Shown piece by piece: positions 9,445 through 17,959 of a stretch of 64,000 bases of DNA. The stretch's first letter is position 1. Every line of letters begins with the position of its first letter. This DNA comes from a bacterium (GTDB lineage: Bacteria; Patescibacteriota; Minisyncoccia; Phycocordibacterales; UBA9973). The stretch is from positions 9,074 through 73,073 of the forward strand of contig JAKAKW010000011.1 of NCBI GenBank assembly GCA_021824345.1. Reading direction: 5' to 3'. A model generated the notes under the pieces. That model was given only the letters and a program-made list of their open reading frames with translations, made no database searches and was not told where the DNA came from. Both the position numbers and the translations under genes were made by a program.

Positions 9445-9473
9445 GAAGGGCGGAGGGTTACCCTCCGCCCTTC
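9445..9473. repeat. Family-A palindromic repeat (gaagggcggagggtTaccctccgcccttc, perfect 29-bp palindrome) between convergent pgk and HIT genes; likely bidirectional terminator
   Basis: Read from sequence. The same element recurs at 14454-14482 and 26628-26656. Confidence 0.7.
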
Positions 9474-9493
9474 CTTGCGATGGTTTCGGCCTG

Positions 9494-9904
9494 TCAAAGC
9501 GCTTGGCTGATCTTTTTTGCCACTTCTTTCGCTTCTCCATCGGCATAGTCTCTTCGGCCGTGCCATGGGCCGAAGCCGTCGCTTGAGAGGCGCGGTATCA
9601 CGTGCACATGAGTATGAAATATGACTTGTCCAGCCGCAGAATCGTTGTTCATGGTTACGTTTATTCCGTCCGCCTTGAGCTCTTTTTTGACTGCCATGCT
9701 GATCTTCTTTGCCGCTCGTATCAGCTTGCAAGCAATTTCCTCCGGAGTTTCATATATGTTTTTGAAATGTTCTTTGGGAATGATGAGGGTGTGTCCGATA
9801 TTTACCGGCTTAATGTCCAGAAAAGCAAGAGTATGTTCATCCTCATACACCTTTTCACTGGGTATTTCTCCCTTCACTATTTTACAAAAAATGCAGTCAT
9901 CCAT
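9494..9904 (-). CDS. HIT-family (histidine triad) nucleotide hydrolase
   Basis: Protein MDDCIFCKIVKGEIPSEKVYEDEHTLAFLDIKP...IFHTHVHVIPR contains the HxHxHxx triad. Only the 3' 411 nt of track ORF 9494..10927 is real; the rest overlaps recJ on the other strand. Confidence 0.85.
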   Translation of the reverse strand: MDDCIFCKIVKGEIPSEKVYEDEHTLAFLDIKPVNIGHTLIIPKEHFKNIYETPEEIACKLIRAAKKISMAVKKELKADGINVTMNNDSAAGQVIFHTHVHVIPRLSSDGFGPWHGRRDYADGEAKEVAKKISQAL

Positions 9905-9929
9905 GGGCAAATTATAACACATATTCCAA

Positions 9930-9959
9930 CGTGGGAGGCCTTGCCTCCCACGTTTTTTT
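9930..9959. repeat. Family-B palindromic repeat (cgtgggaggccttgcctcccacg) followed by a T-run, in the divergent HIT / recJ spacer
   Basis: 9-bp stem gtgggaggc / gcctcccac with 3-nt loop, then ttttttt; copies at 25130, 31360, 31422, 37581, 37602. Confidence 0.65.
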
Positions 9960-10018
9960 ATGTGGTCAAATAAAGGCGCGTTCAACGGATTTGCCTTATT
10001 CGTGATAAAATCAACTTT

Positions 10019-11689
10019 ATGCAAAAGTACGGCGAATTGCTGAGAACCCTGCTTGAAAAAAGGGGAATTATGGATCCGGAACAGGCGGAAATATTCTTGA
10101 ATCCGGATTACGAACGGGATCTCTATGATCCCTTTCTGATGAAAGACATGGAAAAGGCGTGCCGGCGCATTTTTGATGCAATACAGAAGGGCGAAAGAAC
10201 GGTGATTTACGCCGACTATGACTGCGATGGAATGCCCGGAGCGGTCATTCTGGAAGATTTTTTTAAGAAAATCGGGTTTGGAAATTACGAGGTGTACATT
10301 CCCGAGCGAAATTCGGAAGGATACGGATTGAACAAGGAAGCCATAGAAAAATTCGCCGAAAAAGGCGCGAGCCTTCTCCTTGCGGTGGACCTCGGTATTA
10401 CTGCGGTGGAAGAAATAGCCTTTGCCAAAGAAAAAGGCATGAATACCATTATAGTGGACCACCACCTTCCGCCGGAAAAACTTCCCGAGGCTTACGCCAT
10501 TCTGAATCCGAAAATAGACGGCTATCCGGAGAAAATGCTTTGCGCCGCGGGAGTGGCTTTCAAGCTGGTGCAGGGGCTTCTTGCCGCCGCGGAAAAAATT
10601 GACACGTTTCCGAAAATCCCCGCGGGATGGGAAAAATGGCTCATGGACATGGCCGGAATCGCCACTCTTTCTGACATGGTTCCGCTTTTGGGCGAGAATC
10701 GGGCCTTGGCGCATTTCGGAATGAAAGTCTTGCGCAAATCTCCCCGGCCGGGACTGCAGAAGCTTCTGCAGAAAATGAGGGTGGAACAGCGCTTTCTTTC
10801 CCCGGACGATATCGCATTTATGGTCGTGCCGAAAATAAATGCGGCCAGCCGGATGGATGATCCGCGCAGAGCTTACGAGCTTCTTTCCACTGATGATCCG
10901 GCTGAGGCCGGAGCGCTTGCGGACCATCTGACCAAGATAAACGACGAAAGGAAAACAATCGTAACGGGCATAATGCGGGAAGTGAACCGAAATTTTGAGA
11001 AAAGGAACACGGAGGAAAGCCTTCGGGAGGTGATAGTGGTTGGCAATCCGAATTGGAAAATAGGGGTTCTGGGCCTGGTGGCCGGCCGGCTTTCGGAAGC
11101 TTATGAACGGCCGGTTTTCGTATGGGGGGCGGACGAAAACGACTGTATCCGCGGGTCCTGCCGTTCCGACGGCTCGGTGTCAGTGGTGGAACTTATGCAC
11201 GAAACAAAGGAGTATTTTACCGAATTCGGAGGACACGAGCTGGCCGGAGGGTTTGCCGCGGAAAGGACCAAGATTCATTTTTTGGAAGACGCTCTGCTTT
11301 CTTCTTTCGCCAAAGTGAAGAGAGAAAAGCCGGAAGCGGCCGCCGATTATGATTTGAAGCTCGGCTTGTCCGATGTGACTATGAAAAACTGGAAGGAACT
11401 CCAGAAAATGGAACCGTTCGGATCGGGAAATCCGAAGCCGGTGTTCTTATTTGAAAATGTGAAGACTGAAAGCGTGAAAAAATTCGGAAAGAATGGCGGA
11501 GAGCATATTGAGATAACTTTCTCGGACGCCGGCGGACGCAAAATTAAAGCCGTTTCTTTTTTTTCCGGCGAAGATTCGTTCAAGGCGCACGTCTTTCCCG
11601 GCTCGTACGCCAATCTCCTGGCCAGCTTCGACCTGTCCCGATTCCGGGGAAGGGAGGAGCTCCGTCTGCGTATTGAGGATATATATTAG
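10019..11689 (+). CDS. recJ: Single-stranded-DNA-specific exonuclease RecJ (short form)
   Basis: DHH family motifs: VIYADYDCDGM, LLAVDLG, IIVDHHLPP, plus the RecJ-type DHHA1 region. Confidence 0.85.
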   Translation: MQKYGELLRTLLEKRGIMDPEQAEIFLNPDYERDLYDPFLMKDMEKACRRIFDAIQKGERTVIYADYDCDGMPGAVILEDFFKKIGFGNYEVYIPERNSEGYGLNKEAIEKFAEKGASLLLAVDLGITAVEEIAFAKEKGMNTIIVDHHLPPEKLPEAYAILNPKIDGYPEKMLCAAGVAFKLVQGLLAAAEKIDTFPKIPAGWEKWLMDMAGIATLSDMVPLLGENRALAHFGMKVLRKSPRPGLQKLLQKMRVEQRFLSPDDIAFMVVPKINAASRMDDPRRAYELLSTDDPAEAGALADHLTKINDERKTIVTGIMREVNRNFEKRNTEESLREVIVVGNPNWKIGVLGLVAGRLSEAYERPVFVWGADENDCIRGSCRSDGSVSVVELMHETKEYFTEFGGHELAGGFAAERTKIHFLEDALLSSFAKVKREKPEAAADYDLKLGLSDVTMKNWKELQKMEPFGSGNPKPVFLFENVKTESVKKFGKNGGEHIEITFSDAGGRKIKAVSFFSGEDSFKAHVFPGSYANLLASFDLSRFRGREELRLRIEDIY

Positions 11690-11750
11690 GATTATATGAG
11701 GGATTTTACCCTTGTATTTTATATATCATATACGATATACACAGTTTTCT

Positions 11751-11780
11751 TTGACATGCTGGAAATGGGCGTAGTAAAAT
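11751..11780 (+). promoter_or_regulatory. Sigma70-like promoter candidate (TTGACA 11751-56, 18-nt spacer, TAAAAT 11775-80)
   Basis: Consensus -35 with good -10 at canonical spacing in the 230-bp recJ-rnhA spacer. Confidence 0.4.
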
Positions 11781-11851
11781 ATGTGCAGAGCCGTTCAGTT
11801 CCTTCAAAACATAATAAAATCCTATCATTATAGATAGGTACAAACTAACTG

Positions 11852-11892
11852 AATGGCCATATTTTTTAATTAATATGGTCATTTCTTTTTTT
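11852..11892 (+). terminator. Terminator/attenuator-like hairpin plus T-run about 100 nt downstream of the promoter candidate and just upstream of rnhA
   Basis: aatggccatat (11852-62) pairs with atatggtcatt (11873-83) with one mismatch, then tcttttttt. Confidence 0.35.
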
Positions 11893-11918
11893 AGTAGAGC
11901 TTTTTATTTTTTTATACT

Positions 11919-12467
11919 ATGATAGTGGATATGCCGAAAGGAAAAATGATTATATACACTGACGGAGCGGCGCGGGGAAATCCCGGACCGGCCGGCTGGG
12001 GCGCGGTGGTTTTGATACAAGAGCCGAAAGTGCTCGGCAAGGGGCCGGAGGTTCTTCATCGCGGCAACCAAAAGCCGAAGCGCGAAGTTGCGGCGGAACT
12101 GGGCGGAGGGGAAAAGCATGCCACCAACAACCAGATGGAGCTTACGGCTGCCATTGAGGCTTTGAAATACGCGAAGGCAAAAAAATCCGATATGCCCCTT
12201 GAAATATACGCGGATTCAAAATACGTGCTTTTGGGCGTGACTGAATGGATAAAGAAATGGGTGTCCAATGGGTGGAGAACGGCCAATAAAAAGCCGGTGC
12301 TGAATGAAAAGATGTGGCGCGAACTGCACGCTCTGTCGGAGGAATTGCGGCCGTCCTGGTTTTATGTGGAAGGGCACAGCGGGGATACTTATAACGAACG
12401 AGCGGATGAGATCGCCACGGCTTTTGCCGACGGAAGGGAAGGCGAGATTAATTTGAAAAAACCGTGA
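11919..12467 (+). CDS. rnhA: Ribonuclease HI
   Basis: IIYTDGAARGNPGPAGWGAVV...NNQMELTAAIEAL...IYADSKYV...EGHSGDTYNERADEIA. True start may be an internal ATG (11931 or 11946). Confidence 0.85.
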   Translation: MIVDMPKGKMIIYTDGAARGNPGPAGWGAVVLIQEPKVLGKGPEVLHRGNQKPKREVAAELGGGEKHATNNQMELTAAIEALKYAKAKKSDMPLEIYADSKYVLLGVTEWIKKWVSNGWRTANKKPVLNEKMWRELHALSEELRPSWFYVEGHSGDTYNERADEIATAFADGREGEINLKKP

Positions 12468-12471
12468 GAAA

Positions 12472-13761
12472 ATGAGAGAAAAAATATTTTATATAGTTTG
12501 CTTCGGATTTCTTTTAGGAACGCTCGCGCGTTCCTTTCTTTTTGTTCCCGCCCTCGCGCCGGATATTCCGGAAGGAACATTTGAGGGCATGGTGGAGGAA
12601 GAACCGGATGCCGGGGAGAATAATCAAAAACTGGTTGTGAAAACCGAAGGAATGAAAGTTCTGGTTACAACGGGGCTGGAGCAATATTTTCGTTATGGGG
12701 ACGAAGTGCGCTTGTCCGGCAAGCCTAAACTGCCGGAAAATTTTGTTACCGACCAGGGCAAGGTTTTTGATTATGTGAATTACCTTCGCAAGGATGGAAT
12801 CAGGTATGTCGTAAGCTATCCGAAAATTGAGATTCTCTCGCGAGGGCGCGGAAGTTTTTTGCGGAATGCGCTTTTCTTTGCCAAAGAAAAGTTCATGGAT
12901 GCTCTCAAAGTTTCCATCCCCAGTCCCGAATCAAAACTTTTGGGCGGACTCATCCTCGGAGACCGTTCTTCTTTCAGTTCGGATATGCGGCAACAATTTG
13001 TGGATACCGGCACTATTCATATCGTGGCTCTGTCCGGGTATAACGTGACTATCGTCGCGGAATGGATCATGAAAATATTTTCGTTTCTGCCTCGCCTGGC
13101 CGGGTTCGGGGCCGGCATCCTGGGCATCATACTTTTTGTAATCATGTCCGGCGGGACGTCCACGGCCGTGCGGGCCGGGATAATGGCGGTATTGGGCATT
13201 CTGGCCAGGGTGCTTGGCCGGCCGTATGAAGCAGGGCGGGGCCTTATTCTGGCCGCCGCGGCCATGTGCCTGGCGAACCCGCTGATCATTGCCTACGACG
13301 CGTCTTTTCAGCTGTCGTTTTTGGCCACGGCGGCCGTTATTTTCGTCCCGCCTCGCATAGAGAAGCATTTTTATTGGATTAAATGGAAATGGCTGCGTGA
13401 AATCACGGTCACCACTTCCTCCGCGTATGTTTGCGTCGCTCCATACATATTTTGGCAGATGGGCAATCTTTCCCTGGTCGCCATTCCGGCCAACCTCCTC
13501 GTTCTGCCGGCCATCCCCCTCACCATGCTCCTCGGGTTCGCCGCCGGTTTCACCGGGCTTCTTTCCCCGATTCTTTCCGCGCCCTTCGGGTATTTTTCAT
13601 ACGCGCTTCTTCATTACGAATTATGGATAATAGGCGCCATATCAAAAATCCCGTTCGCTTCCATAAGCGTCGGGGATTTTCCGCCGGTATCCATCGTTCT
13701 GATCTACGCTTTCCTTATTTTGTGGCTTCTACGAAGTTCTTTTCAATCTCCTCCCAGTTAA
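12472..13761 (+). CDS. comEC: ComEC/Rec2 DNA-uptake channel, N-terminal DUF4131 + competence (TM) domains only
   Basis: Periplasmic OB-like N-terminal region followed by the multi-TM competence domain (GTIHIVALSGYNVTIVAEW...); lacks the C-terminal lactamase domain, which is encoded separately at 14409..15353. Confidence 0.75.
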   Translation: MREKIFYIVCFGFLLGTLARSFLFVPALAPDIPEGTFEGMVEEEPDAGENNQKLVVKTEGMKVLVTTGLEQYFRYGDEVRLSGKPKLPENFVTDQGKVFDYVNYLRKDGIRYVVSYPKIEILSRGRGSFLRNALFFAKEKFMDALKVSIPSPESKLLGGLILGDRSSFSSDMRQQFVDTGTIHIVALSGYNVTIVAEWIMKIFSFLPRLAGFGAGILGIILFVIMSGGTSTAVRAGIMAVLGILARVLGRPYEAGRGLILAAAAMCLANPLIIAYDASFQLSFLATAAVIFVPPRIEKHFYWIKWKWLREITVTTSSAYVCVAPYIFWQMGNLSLVAIPANLLVLPAIPLTMLLGFAAGFTGLLSPILSAPFGYFSYALLHYELWIIGAISKIPFASISVGDFPPVSIVLIYAFLILWLLRSSFQSPPS

Positions 13762-14311
13762 GATTCTGAAAAAACGTGTCAATGTATTTTTTCTTTTCCG
13801 AAGAAGCATAATCGTAAATATATGAGTGTTCCCACATATCCAGGGCCAGAATCCATTTGGCGCCGTTTAATTGTCCAAGATGCTGTTCGTCTATCCAGCT
13901 CGTTACCAGCTGGCCGGTGGCCTGGTCCCAGGCCATTACAGCCCAGCCTATTCCGCGAGTGGCGGCCATTTGCTTGAACGCTTCGATAAATACATCCATG
14001 GGCACATCTTTTTCCAGCTCGGCTTTCAATTTAGAATTTGCGGGCAATGGTTTGGCTCCTCCGGAAAGGGATTGGAAATAATATTCATGATTGCGTACTC
14101 CGTTGAACTCAAAGGCGAAGCGCCGGTGCAGTTCCCCGATCAAGAAAGCGTTGCCCGCAGGATCCTCTTGATAAAGTTTGCCCAGCTTTTCCCGCACCAG
14201 GTTGGCGTTTTTTACGTATCCTGAATACAGTTTCAAATGTTCTTCAATGTTTTTGGCGGAGATCCCCGAGAGTTCTCCGATGTTGAATTTTTTTTCTTCA
14301 AATATTTTCAT
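13715..14311 (-). CDS. sodA: Fe/Mn superoxide dismutase
   Basis: ...HHRFAFEFNGVRNHEYYFQSL...ALDMWEHSYIYDY: both Fe/Mn-SOD signature regions. 3' end overlaps the comEC fragment by 47 nt on the opposite strand. Confidence 0.9.
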   Translation of the reverse strand: MKIFEEKKFNIGELSGISAKNIEEHLKLYSGYVKNANLVREKLGKLYQEDPAGNAFLIGELHRRFAFEFNGVRNHEYYFQSLSGGAKPLPANSKLKAELEKDVPMDVFIEAFKQMAATRGIGWAVMAWDQATGQLVTSWIDEQHLGQLNGAKWILALDMWEHSYIYDYASSEKKKYIDTFFQNLNWEEIEKNFVEATK

Positions 14312-14408
14312 GGTTCTTTAATAGTTATTTATAAAGCATGCATATACTGCTTGTACGGAGCAATACGGCTCCATATTTCAAGCCATTTGCATATCAGCGC
14401 ATTATACC

Positions 14409-15353
14409 ATGAATTCCAAAGCACTTATAAAAAATGAAAAGAAACCGCTTGCCGAAGGGCGGAGGGTAACCCTCCGCCCTTCGGCGCCCCAGAAACCCGT
14501 AAAAATTTTCCCCCTATATGCCGTTTTTGCGCTTCTAGCAATGGCTATTTTCCTGTTTTCGCTTGATTTGCGGAATTCTCGCCGAGGGCTAACTTTTGCC
14601 ATGCTTGACGTGGGCCAAGGAGACGCGCTTTTTATAGAATCTCCGACCGGCACTCGGATTCTGGTGGACGCCGGGCCTCCGCGGAAAATATTGGGACAAA
14701 TGGCAAGGGTAATGCCCGCCCTTGACCGCACTTTGGATGCGGTGATAATCACTCATCCGGATGCCGATCATATTTCCGGATTCGCGGACATTTTGGAAAA
14801 TTATAAAGTAAAAGAAATTTTTGATCCCGGCATCGCGGATGATTCCGCGCTGTATCAGAACATAAAAAAAATTGCGGAAGAAAAATCCGTGCAGAACATT
14901 CCCGCCAGGCGAGGCATGCGGTTAAATATTGGCGGCGGCGCGGTTATTGATATTTTGTTTCCCGACGCTGATGTTCGCGACTGGGAAACAAATGCAGGCT
15001 CCGTGGTGGCGCGCCTCTCTTATGGCGATACCTCCATACTGCTTGCCGGCGACTCTCCGATAGATACCGAAAAAATCATTTTGGCGCAAACACAGAGGAC
15101 GCTTCTCAAAAGTACGGCGCTGAAAGTGGGCCATCACGGTTCCAAAAATTCCAGTTCGGCCGAGTTCATTGAAGCGGTCGCGCCCAAGTATGCTCTCATT
15201 TCCGCGGGCAAAGAAAACAGATACGGCCATCCGGATCCCGCGGTACTGGACATCTTTGAAAAGTCCGGGATACAAGCGTTCCGCACGGACGAACACGGAA
15301 CCATTCTCATGCGCTCCGACGGCAAGACTGAAGCCTTTTCTTTTTATAAATAG
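14409..15353 (+). CDS. comEC: ComEC C-terminal metallo-beta-lactamase domain protein (separate ORF)
   Basis: TM helix then MLDVGQGDALFIESPTGTRILVDAGPP...IITHPDADHISG...GHHGSKNSSS: ComEC-type MBL domain. The start is uncertain: the family-A palindrome lies inside the first 25 codons, so the true start is probably downstream, e.g. the ATG at 14541. Confidence 0.7.
   Translation: MNSKALIKNEKKPLAEGRRVTLRPSAPQKPVKIFPLYAVFALLAMAIFLFSLDLRNSRRGLTFAMLDVGQGDALFIESPTGTRILVDAGPPRKILGQMARVMPALDRTLDAVIITHPDADHISGFADILENYKVKEIFDPGIADDSALYQNIKKIAEEKSVQNIPARRGMRLNIGGGAVIDILFPDADVRDWETNAGSVVARLSYGDTSILLAGDSPIDTEKIILAQTQRTLLKSTALKVGHHGSKNSSSAEFIEAVAPKYALISAGKENRYGHPDPAVLDIFEKSGIQAFRTDEHGTILMRSDGKTEAFSFYK
14454..14482. 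repeat. Family-A palindromic repeat copy (gaagggcggagggtAaccctccgcccttc)
   Basis: Identical to 9445-9473 apart from the central base; lies 45 nt inside the track ORF starting at 14409. Confidence 0.7.
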
Positions 15354-15361
15354 CACTATTA

Positions 15362-15479
15362 AGCAAAACTTCCGGTACTCTCTTCGGAGGGGGTTTGGCG
15401 AGCGGCGGCGAGCCAACTTCAGGGATTTTTAAGCTTCAAAAATCCCGTACCCGGAGAGGAGAGTACCGGAAGTTTTGCT
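15362..15479. repeat. Structured intergenic element: 21-bp perfect inverted repeats flanking an inner hairpin
   Basis: agcaaaacttccggtactctc (15362-82) and gagagtaccggaagttttgct (15459-79) are perfect inverted repeats about 76 nt apart. The spacer contains the hairpin gggatttttaagcttcaaaaatccc (15422-46). Located between the comEC-lactamase stop and the glyA start. Confidence 0.6.
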
Positions 15480-15497
15480 ATATGCTAGAATGGTCAT

Positions 15498-16679
15498 ATG
15501 AAAGATAAACAAGTAGAAAATCTGATCAAAGCCGAAGAAAAAAGGCAAAAAAAGGTCATCAATCTAATCCCGTCGGAGAACTACGTATCCAAAGACGTAC
15601 TCATAGCCCTCGGCTCTATTTTTGACAATAAATACGCCGAAGGATATCCGCACGCCAGATATTACGGAGGCCAGACGAATACGGACAAGCTGGAAGAGCT
15701 CTGCAAGGCAAGGGCCCTCAAGCTTTTCAAACTCTCTCCAAAAGAATGGGCGGTGAATGTCCAACCGCTTTCCGGCGCTCCGGCAAACCTGGCGGTATAT
15801 TTGGGATTGGTTTTGCCCGGAGAAAAAATAATGGGAATGACTCTCACCGCGGGAGGGCACTTGAGCCACGGGCAGAAAGTTTCCATTACCGGAAAAGTCT
15901 GGCAGCAAGTTCCCTATGGCGTAGACCCCAAAACGGAGACGCTTAATTACGACGAATTGAAAAAGCTTGCGATGGAAGAGAAGCCGGCGCTCATTGTGGC
16001 GGGTTACACCGCCTACCCTCGGGTAGTGGACTTCAAAAAATTCAGGGAAATCGCCGATGCTTGCGGAGCATATCTCATGGTGGACATGTCCCACTTCGCA
16101 GGGCTGGTGGCCGGCGGAGCGTATCCGACTCCTTTCAAATATGCCGATGTGGTAACCAGTACCACGCACAAGACCTTGCGCGGTCCGCGCGGGGCTTTGA
16201 TTTTTTCGAAAAAAGATGACAGGAAGCTGGACAAAAAAATTGACAAGGCGATCTTTCCGGGACTTCAAGGCGGTCCGCACATGGGCCAGATCGCCGGCAT
16301 TGCCGTGGCTCTGAAGGAAGACACGGCTCCGGCTTTTAAAACTTACGCAAAGCAAATAGTGAAAAATGCCCGGGCGCTTGCCGGGGAGCTGGAAAAGCTA
16401 GGTTGGCGGATTATTTCCGGAGGAACCGATTCGCACCTGATCCTGATGGACACTTGGATGGAAGGCAAGGGCCTGCCCGGCAAAGACGCCGAGGCTCTGC
16501 TTGAAAAAAACGGCATCATCTGCAACAAGAACACCATTCCCGGAGAGACCCGTTCCCCGTTTGATCCTTCCGGCATCCGCATGGGCACTCCCGCCGAAAC
16601 CACCCGCGGCCGCAAGGAAAAAGATTTTCTGGCTATCGCCCGCAAAATCGACAAGATATTGAGAGCAGGGAAAAAATAA
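15498..16679 (+). CDS. glyA: Serine hydroxymethyltransferase
   Basis: ...VTSTTHKTLRGPRGA... PLP-lysine motif and overall SHMT architecture. Confidence 0.9.
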   Translation: MKDKQVENLIKAEEKRQKKVINLIPSENYVSKDVLIALGSIFDNKYAEGYPHARYYGGQTNTDKLEELCKARALKLFKLSPKEWAVNVQPLSGAPANLAVYLGLVLPGEKIMGMTLTAGGHLSHGQKVSITGKVWQQVPYGVDPKTETLNYDELKKLAMEEKPALIVAGYTAYPRVVDFKKFREIADACGAYLMVDMSHFAGLVAGGAYPTPFKYADVVTSTTHKTLRGPRGALIFSKKDDRKLDKKIDKAIFPGLQGGPHMGQIAGIAVALKEDTAPAFKTYAKQIVKNARALAGELEKLGWRIISGGTDSHLILMDTWMEGKGLPGKDAEALLEKNGIICNKNTIPGETRSPFDPSGIRMGTPAETTRGRKEKDFLAIARKIDKILRAGKK

Positions 16680-16688
16680 GAAAAGAAC

Positions 16689-17426
16689 ATGGATCAAAAA
16701 GGCAGAACAATTTTAATCACGGGCTCTTCCTCTGGCATAGGGGAAGCAACAGCCAAACTTGCCAAAAAATACGGATGGAATCCGATTTTGCACGGAAAAG
16801 ACGAAAGCGAGAAACTCAAAAAACTTGCAAAAGAACTTGAAGCTGAATATATTTTCTGCGATGTATCTAAGAAAGAACAATGCGAAGAGGTTGTAAAGAA
16901 ACTGTTGGAGAAAACTCCCAGAATAGACGCTCTTATAAATTCTGCCGGAATTGCAGCGCAGGAATCTTTTCTGGAAAGTACTGACGACGAATGGATGAAT
17001 ATGTTTAAAGTTAATCTGCTTGGTACGGTGCATCTCTGCCAACTGATAATTCCGGTGATGCAGAAAAAAAAATATGGCAGGGTAGTGAATCTAGCTTCAA
17101 TACGCGGACATTCCTTCACTGCCAGCAAGGAAGGTCTGATTTACTCTGCAACAAAGGCAGCAGTGATGACACTGTCTGCTAGTTTGGCTAAAAGATATGC
17201 GCCAGAAATTTTGGTGAATTCAGTATCGCCCGGTTTCACACAGACACCGATAAGCAAAGAATGGTCGGAAACAGGATGGAGGAAGAGCACAGAAAATCTT
17301 CTCGGCAGGGTGCTTCAGCCCGAAGAAATAGCGGAAGTAATACTGTTTCTCGCAAGCGATAAGAATACCGCCATTACCGGCCAGGATATTCTGGTAGACG
17401 GCGGATACGGAGCGTTTGATAAATGA
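16689..17426 (+). CDS. Short-chain dehydrogenase/reductase (SDR) family oxidoreductase
   Basis: ILITGSSSGIGEATA (TGxxxGxG), NSAG, and YSATKAA (YxxxK) motifs. Confidence 0.8.
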   Translation: MDQKGRTILITGSSSGIGEATAKLAKKYGWNPILHGKDESEKLKKLAKELEAEYIFCDVSKKEQCEEVVKKLLEKTPRIDALINSAGIAAQESFLESTDDEWMNMFKVNLLGTVHLCQLIIPVMQKKKYGRVVNLASIRGHSFTASKEGLIYSATKAAVMTLSASLAKRYAPEILVNSVSPGFTQTPISKEWSETGWRKSTENLLGRVLQPEEIAEVILFLASDKNTAITGQDILVDGGYGAFDK

Positions 17427-17895
17427 AATGCCGCATATTCATGAAAAAATAGATTTTTGTGTTGAAGTATTCATCGTACACAGGGACAAAGTGCTGTTGC
17501 GAATGCACGATAAGCATCACATATGGCTATCGGTCGGCAGACATATTGAACTTGACGAAGACCCCATTCAAGCGGCGGTTCGCGAAGTAAAAGAAGAAGT
17601 CGGCCTTAATGTTAAAATATTCGGCCAAGTGTCGGATACAAAAAAAGAGGCGGATTACCAGCCTCTTCCCGCTCCGGCATTTCTAGGTTGCCATGAAGTG
17701 AATAGCACGCATAAACACGTGGTACTTGTGTATTTTGCCACCGCTAGTTCAAACAAAATATCGGAAGCGGTGATGAAACACGAACGCACTGATATAATTT
17801 GGGCGACAAAAAAGGACCTTCTGAAAATGGATCTCAGACCCAATGTGAGATTCTATGCCGAACAGGCTTTAAGGGTATTGGGAAAAAATAAATGA
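17416..17895 (+). CDS. NUDIX hydrolase
   Basis: Nudix box GGHIELDEDPIQAAVREVKEEVGL. Confidence 0.8.
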   Translation: MINEMPHIHEKIDFCVEVFIVHRDKVLLRMHDKHHIWLSVGRHIELDEDPIQAAVREVKEEVGLNVKIFGQVSDTKKEADYQPLPAPAFLGCHEVNSTHKHVVLVYFATASSNKISEAVMKHERTDIIWATKKDLLKMDLRPNVRFYAEQALRVLGKNK

Positions 17896-17959
17896 ACCTG
17901 CAAGTCGGAGCCGATGGACAAATACTTCAAGGAAGTTTTAGAAAAAATGCAACAATAAT

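Noticed and set aside
9905-10927. Upstream 340 codons of the 477-aa minus-strand track ORF 9494..10927
   Set aside because: It overlaps the well-supported recJ gene on the + strand and has no domain signal. Only the terminal 411 nt (9494..9904, starting MDDCIFCKIV) encode the HIT protein. The long open frame is a GC-rich antisense artefact.
14409-14540. First 44 codons of the comEC-lactamase track ORF (including the AEGRRVTLRPSA peptide)
   Set aside because: This stretch is the family-A palindrome translated. The same peptide (GRRVTLRP) appears in spurious ORFs at the other two repeat copies. The real start is more likely the ATG at about 14541 preceding the TM helix. Kept as an uncertainty on the feature rather than as coding sequence.
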